From an uncultured delta proteobacterium (GTDB lineage: Bacteria > Myxococcota > Myxococcia > Myxococcales > Myxococcaceae), in contig CAVQKE010000003.1 of the NCBI GenBank assembly GCA_963713045.1, forward strand, positions 192,001 through 256,000: a stretch of DNA of 64,000 bases, read 5' to 3'. Both the position numbers and the translations under genes were made by a program. Positions within the stretch are counted from its first letter, which is position 1. Each line of letters begins with the position of its first letter. The notes under the pieces were generated by a model. The model ran no database searches, was not told the origin of the DNA, and worked only from the letters and a program-made list of their open reading frames with translations. Shown here one piece after another: positions 58,824 through 64,000 of this stretch.

Positions 58824-59774
58824 TCACGCTCCAAGCAAGAGATGAAGCAGAAGGCCCAGAACCGCGAGCAGGAAGGCCATGGCGAGAAATTCCGGAGCGC
58901 GAAAAATGCGAAGCTTCGCAGAGACGGTTTCGATAAGAGCCAGACCGACTCCCACGACCGCGAGCTTCGCAAGGAGGGCTCCGACGGCAACCAACAGCGC
59001 GCCACCCCCAGTGCCTCGCGTGGCGATGCCCCAGGGGACGAATAGAGCAAAGCCAATGCAGGCGTAATTGAAGAGCTTGAGAGCCGACGCCCACTCCACG
59101 AGGGCAAGATGGCGCGCTGAATACTCCAGCAGCATGGCCTCGTGAATCATCGTCAACTCCAGGTGGGTCGCCGGGTTGTCGATGGGAATTCGCGCGTTTT
59201 CTGCCAGAAGAACCATCACAAACGCGACGCCGGCGAAAGCAAGGCTCGGATAGATGATGAACGGAGGCGCTGCCAAACGCTCGACAACGTTCGGCAGGGC
59301 GGTGCTTCCAGAGATGAGGAAGCCGTTGAAGAAGACCATCAGGAGCGCTGGCTCAGCGAGGAAGCCGACCATCATTTCCCGACGCGCCCCGAGCGTTCCG
59401 AAGGCCGTTCCAATGTCCATTGCAGCGAGCGCGATGAACACCCTAGCCGTGGCGAAGAGCCCAACGAGCGCGATGGCGTCAGCAACGCGTGCGAACGGGA
59501 GGTCCGTCGCCACTGATGGAATGATGGCAGCGGCCAGAACCATGGTGCCGTAGAGCACGTAGGGTGTCAGCCGAAAAAGAGCCGACGCATGCTCGGCCAG
59601 CGCCGCGTCCTTCCAAAACAGCTTGCGGAGCATTCGCCAGGGCTGGAGCAACGGCGGTGCCGAGCGGTTCTGGAGCCAAGCACGACATTGGGCAACCCAC
59701 CCGACGAAGAATGGTGCGAGCGCGATGGCGAGAACAACCTCGGCGAGTTGGCGTACCAGAGCGAGCGGGCTCAC
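58824..59774 (-). CDS. hyfC: Hydrogenase-4 component C-like (NuoH family)
   Basis: GARRE, ENARIPIDNPATHLELTMIHEAM.LEYS. Confidence 0.92.
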   Translation of the reverse strand: MSPLALVRQLAEVVLAIALAPFFVGWVAQCRAWLQNRSAPPLLQPWRMLRKLFWKDAALAEHASALFRLTPYVLYGTMVLAAAIIPSVATDLPFARVADAIALVGLFATARVFIALAAMDIGTAFGTLGARREMMVGFLAEPALLMVFFNGFLISGSTALPNVVERLAAPPFIIYPSLAFAGVAFVMVLLAENARIPIDNPATHLELTMIHEAMLLEYSARHLALVEWASALKLFNYACIGFALFVPWGIATRGTGGGALLVAVGALLAKLAVVGVGLALIETVSAKLRIFRAPEFLAMAFLLAVLGLLLHLLLGA

Positions 59775-61780
59775 AGAACGAACACCAACAGCGCGATGAG
59801 GGTGAGGAAGCCGTAGAGGAGGTAGATAGCGAGCCGTCCTCCCTGAAGAACAGACACGGCTTCAGCCAAGCGTTGGACCCCGCGTCCAATCGGTAAATAG
59901 AGGCCCTGCCAGAGGCGATCCTCGATGTGGATGCGATAACGAGGTGCGCTGTCGAAGGCGGACGGCAGGTCACGCTCCATTCGGAAGAAGGGCCCGAACA
60001 TGTGGCGGATGGGCTGGCCAAACCCTTCGGCGGTGTCTTGCATCCGCGGCGTTTGCCACGGATAACCACAGTCCCAGGACGCCGTTCGTCGCACGCGCCC
60101 GTGGTAGAGGAGGCGCACCACCACGAACGTGACGGCGACGACGCCGAGGATGCCCGCGAGGAGCAAGAAGCCACTGTAGGCGGCCTGTCGCGGCGCCACG
60201 GGGGCCAGCGACCAAGCCGATGGTCCCGACTGGACCGCAGTCCCCAATAGACTGCGGGTGATGGCGGCGGTCAGAGCCAACACCAGCTGCGGGAAAGTGC
60301 CGAGCGCGACGCACCACACCGCCAGCCAGGCGAGACCGATGCGCTCGAACCACCCAGCGTCGTGCGCCTTCATGAGCGAAGCCTCGCGGGGCTGGCCGAG
60401 AAAGATGATTCCGTAGAACTTGACCATCACGTAACCCGCCAAGGCGGCGGTCAGGGCAAGCGCCGCAGCACCGAGCGGAATCGTCATGTTCACGAAGGTT
60501 TTTGGAATCTGCGGCGTGTAAAGGAACGCCTGCAGCAGTAACCATTCTGAAACGAAGCCGTTGAGCGGCGGCAGTCCAGCGATGGCGAGCGTTCCGACCA
60601 ACGCCAGGGCCGCTACCCAGGGCATGCGGCGAATTAATCCACCGAGCTTCCCAAGATTGCGCTCTTTCGTCGCGTGCAATACCGAGCCAGTAGCGAGGAA
60701 GAGCAGGCTCTTGAAGAGCGCGTGATTGAGTGAATGAACCAAAGCCGCGGTGAGCGCCAACGCGGCGAACAATTGGAGGCCAAACGCTCGAAAGAGAATC
60801 GCCAGGCCGATGCCAGTGAAGATGACCCCCAAGTTCTCAATCGACGAATACGCCAGCAGGCGCTTCATGTCAGTTTGGACAGCGGCAAAAATGGCGCCGA
60901 ACAGCGCAGAGAAGAGACCGAGCGCGAGTGTCAGGGCGCCCCACCCCCAGACGCTTGTGTGGAGCAGGTCGAAACTCACGCGCAGAACGCCATAAACGGC
61001 GGTCTTGAGCATCAACCCGCTCATCATCGCTGACACTGGCGATGGGGCTGCTGGATGCGCTTCGGGTAGCCACACATGTAGTGGCACAAGACCCGCTTTG
61101 GCACCGAATCCAAGGAGAGCGAGCAAGAAGGCCACAGTTGCCCAGGGCGTTGCGAGGGTGGAGCCCCGCATCGCGTCAAAGGTGAACTGCCAGCTTCCGC
61201 CCTGGAGGACGCCGAAGCACAGCAGGATGCTGATCGCTCCGATGTGAGCGATGAGCAGATAGAGAAAGCCGGCGCGACGAATCTCCGGAATACGGTGCTG
61301 AGTCGTAACGAGGAAGTACGAGCTCAGCGCCATGGTTTCCCACGCCACCATGAACAGGTAGGCGTCGTCGGCAAGCACGACCAGAACCATGCTCGCAAGG
61401 AAGACGTAATACTGCAGACAAAGCAGACCCGGCGCTGTGCCCTCCCCGGCTCGAAAGTAGCCGGCGGCGAAGGTGGAGATGCCAGCCCCTACGCCCCCCA
61501 GCAGCACCAGAAAAAAGCCGGACAGAGCGTCGAGCCTTAAGTGGAAGGGCAGGTCCGGCAACCCGAGCGGGAGCACCATGACCTGCGGGACGGAACCTGG
61601 CTGGAGCACAACCCAGCCGGCGTAGGCGACACCCAGCCCCACCAGCGCACCGATGGGAAAGAGCAAGTGGGCGATGAATCCGACTCGATGAGGCCGGATA
61701 ACGCCGGCGACACCGAGGGCCAGCCAGCCGACGACGAGCGCGAGAAGCCAGGCGAGAGTTGGCGCTGGCGGTATTATCAT
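59771..61780 (-). CDS. hyfB: Hydrogenase-4 component B-like antiporter subunit
   Basis: AWETMAL, KAGLVPLHVWLPEAHPAAPS, LPPLNGFVSEW, WDCGY. Confidence 0.92.
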   Translation of the reverse strand: MIIPPAPTLAWLLALVVGWLALGVAGVIRPHRVGFIAHLLFPIGALVGLGVAYAGWVVLQPGSVPQVMVLPLGLPDLPFHLRLDALSGFFLVLLGGVGAGISTFAAGYFRAGEGTAPGLLCLQYYVFLASMVLVVLADDAYLFMVAWETMALSSYFLVTTQHRIPEIRRAGFLYLLIAHIGAISILLCFGVLQGGSWQFTFDAMRGSTLATPWATVAFLLALLGFGAKAGLVPLHVWLPEAHPAAPSPVSAMMSGLMLKTAVYGVLRVSFDLLHTSVWGWGALTLALGLFSALFGAIFAAVQTDMKRLLAYSSIENLGVIFTGIGLAILFRAFGLQLFAALALTAALVHSLNHALFKSLLFLATGSVLHATKERNLGKLGGLIRRMPWVAALALVGTLAIAGLPPLNGFVSEWLLLQAFLYTPQIPKTFVNMTIPLGAAALALTAALAGYVMVKFYGIIFLGQPREASLMKAHDAGWFERIGLAWLAVWCVALGTFPQLVLALTAAITRSLLGTAVQSGPSAWSLAPVAPRQAAYSGFLLLAGILGVVAVTFVVVRLLYHGRVRRTASWDCGYPWQTPRMQDTAEGFGQPIRHMFGPFFRMERDLPSAFDSAPRYRIHIEDRLWQGLYLPIGRGVQRLAEAVSVLQGGRLAIYLLYGFLTLIALLVFVL

Positions 61781-61791
61781 CCTATTATCAT
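61772..61791. promoter_or_regulatory. Tandem TATTATCAT repeat, candidate RHH operator
   Basis: Exact 9-mer at 61772-61780 and 61783-61791, between the divergent hyfB and RHH genes. Confidence 0.55.
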
Positions 61792-61816
61792 GGGGGGCGT
61801 TTCGAACGTATCTTAC

Positions 61817-62038
61817 ATGTCCATCGAGGAACGCACAGCCCGTCTCACCGTCCTCATCGACCCGCGCAAGAAGGCGGTCTTCGAGCAGCTCTGTGCAGAA
61901 GAGGACGTCACCCCGTCACAGATGGTTCGCCGCCTGATACGCGAGTTCATCGAGCTGAAACGGGGCTACCCTTGGACCCCCAAAGAGCCTAGGCAGCCCG
62001 ATTCGATTCGCGGGCTGGAACGCCGCACGAAGCGGTAA
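61817..62038 (+). CDS. Ribbon-helix-helix (CopG-like) regulator
   Basis: RTARLTVLIDP.KK..FE.LC...D.TPSQ.VRRLIRE; 73 aa. Confidence 0.85.
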   Translation: MSIEERTARLTVLIDPRKKAVFEQLCAEEDVTPSQMVRRLIREFIELKRGYPWTPKEPRQPDSIRGLERRTKR

Positions 62039-62398
62039 TTAGCGCGGCCTTCGCAAATGTCCGGCGGTTCTCCCTCCCGCCTTCGTTGCTCAGTCGTCGC
62101 GGCCTCGAAACGTCTCGTAGAAGTTCTGCCCCGCGCTCGTCCGGCTCAAACCTGGGTCTCCCGAGCGCTGCTGATACTGAATCCGCGGACGGAAGCCCTT
62201 TTCAGTCGCCCTTATCTCTTTCACGTGAGGACCTGCGTTTCGACTCGTTGAGCGCGATGACTGCGTCTGCTGCCTGATCTAAATAGTCAGCGGTCTGGCC
62301 AGCTGTCCGCGCCAGCAATAGAAGATCGCGAGCCAGCAGCTTGAAACCATCCGCGTCGTCCGCGGAACTCGCCACGTCGTCGCCCCCGGGGAACGGCC

Positions 62399-63520
62399 GT
62401 GCTGGCTACTTTCTCCATCCGCGCGTGCTTCCCGGCGTCCCCAGGCTTCGGCGCGCAGACACCCGAGCTTCGGAGTTCAGACTGGTAGCTTAGCGCAATG
62501 ATGCTTGGTGTCCTGTGGCGATTCCTGGTGGGACTGTTCCGCTCGCGCGCCTCGCTCGTCGCCGAGAACGAACTCCTCCGACAACAGTTGGTAGTGGCGA
62601 AGTGTCGGCTCCGGGGTAAGCGCGTGCGCTGGTGGCCCGCGCAGCGTTGGACCATCGCCGTCCTGGCGAGGTGGACCGGGACGTGGCGAACAGCGGTGAC
62701 GCTGGTCCAGCCGGCAACGGTTCTGCGGTAGCACCGAGAAGGTTTCCGCCTCTTCTGGCGATGGCGCTCCCGTCCAGGAGGCCGGAAGCCGACGGGCCTC
62801 GCGGCCCTCATCCGCGAAGTGAACTCGAACAATCCCCGCTGGGGCGCGGAGCGAATTCGGGGCGAACTCCTCAAGCTAGGACTCCGGGTCACGAAACGAA
62901 CCATTCAAAGGTACATGAAAAGGCGCCCGCCCGGTGACGGGCAGCGCTGGGCGACCTTCATCAGCAACCACGTCACGTGGGCTTGCGAGTTTGCGCAGAC
63001 CTACGACGCGCGGTTTCGGCAAGTGTTTGTTCTCTTCTTCCTCGACCTAAGTCGCCGGAAAGTCATTCGCGCCGCCGTGACATACACTCCCACCGACCAC
63101 TGGTGTGCACAGCAAGCGAGGAACGCGACTTTAGAGAGCGCACCTGAGGTGCTGGTCTGCGACCGTGACGCAAAGTTCGGCCGCTGCTTCGTGAGGGCTT
63201 TCGAAGGCACCGGAGCGTTCGTCGTGCGGTCGGCTCCCTGCGCGCCGAACATGAACGCTTTCGCTGAGCGGTTCGTCGGCACCCTCCGTCGTGAGCTGCT
63301 CGAGCACGTGCTCAAATTCAAGGAGCCGCACCTCCGAAGCCTGGTCGCCGAATTCGTGCGCTTCTACAATGGAGCTCGGCCGCATCAGGGCATCGCCCAA
63401 GAGCAGATTGTCAGAGCGCGCCGGCGACATCATCGTGATTCCGGTCCTCAATGGGCTGCATCATGACTATCGCCGCGCCGCGTGAGCCGTGCACGCTTGG
63501 AAGAACAAAGTAGCCAGCAC
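62399..63520 (+). mobile_element. Insertion sequence copy 2, inverted relative to copy 1
   Basis: IRs GTGCTGGCTACTTT / AAAGTAGCCAGCAC. Confidence 0.88.
62498..63485 (+). pseudogene. Inactivated transposase
   Basis: TGG>TAG at 62729-62731 and an 11-bp deletion near 63407 relative to copy 1. Confidence 0.88.
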
Positions 63521-63762
63521 GGGACCGGCCCTGCCGTCACCGCGGCATAGGCCGTGGCGATTCGAGGCCCATCACAGGCAAGAAAAGGATCAGTGTTACG
63601 TCATGCTCCCTGCAGGGACCTCGCTAAATCCCATGCGCGGTCCTGCATCAACTCGTCGGCAGTGCACCCCCTAAGGCTGGCACGGCGACAGCCTCCCCCG
63701 GGTCCGCGGGACAGTGCCTCGAGTCTGGCCGCTCTCTCCGATTCACCATGTACTGCCTCCCG

Positions 63763-63999
63763 TCAGCCATGCTGGCCCACAGCGTGGTCAAATTTGATCT
63801 TGAGCGTGAGGCCCATTCCATGTGCGACCTTCGCGAGGAGGTTGAGGTCTGGTACGACTCGACCGCTTTCGAGACGCGCAATCGCAGACTGATGCGTCCC
63901 GGCTCGGGTTGCCACCTCCGTTTGCGTTAGTCCAAGCTCCTCCCGGAGATCCCTGAGCTGCCGCGCCAGCTGGAGCTTGTCGAACGCCCCTCGGAATCC
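63763..63999 (-). CDS. XRE-family HTH protein (HigA-like), 5'-partial; absent from the ORF track
   Basis: Manual translation: LARQLRDLREELGLTQTEVATRAGTHQSAIARLESGRVVPDLNLLAKVA. Confidence 0.85.
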   Translation of the reverse strand, partial: GFRGAFDKLQLARQLRDLREELGLTQTEVATRAGTHQSAIARLESGRVVPDLNLLAKVAHGMGLTLKIKFDHAVGQHG

Positions 64000-64000
64000 G

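Noticed and set aside
62142..62163. attR copy of tRNA-Glu (CGGCTCAAAC match to 38542-38551)
   Set aside because: Only 10 bp exact and the T-loop is missing; compatible with chance.

Overview
High-GC bacterial DNA, most likely Myxococcota (inferred from gene content and from lipoproteins with DAG/DGG linkers). The window has two parts. (1) 1-38.5 kb is mostly intact chromosome. It starts with a 3-kb stretch of single cargo genes separated by degenerate repeats and a tRNA-Arg 3' fragment. Next come ada-alkA, mgtA, rpiA, three secreted Trp/Tyr/Gly-rich proteins, a GH9 lipoprotein, an RND pump and a small peptide + ferritin-like diiron gene pair. It also carries a sterol locus: squalene synthase, an oxidosqualene cyclase with cycloartenol-synthase residues, and squalene monooxygenase. 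This locus is flanked by a FadL-like barrel and by a convergent AAA/Zn-ribbon/MMPL/GT21 operon. (2) After tRNA-Glu(CTC) at 38505 lies a mosaic island. It holds frameshifted CapRel-like and HEPN defence genes, two inverted copies of one IS that bracket about 20 kb, a truncated copA, an intact Cus-type copper efflux operon, further tRNA fragments, a rearranged ardA, and an intact Ehr (NiFe-less hydrogenase-4-like) operon with a divergent RHH regulator. All calls come from reading motifs by eye; no database searches were run.
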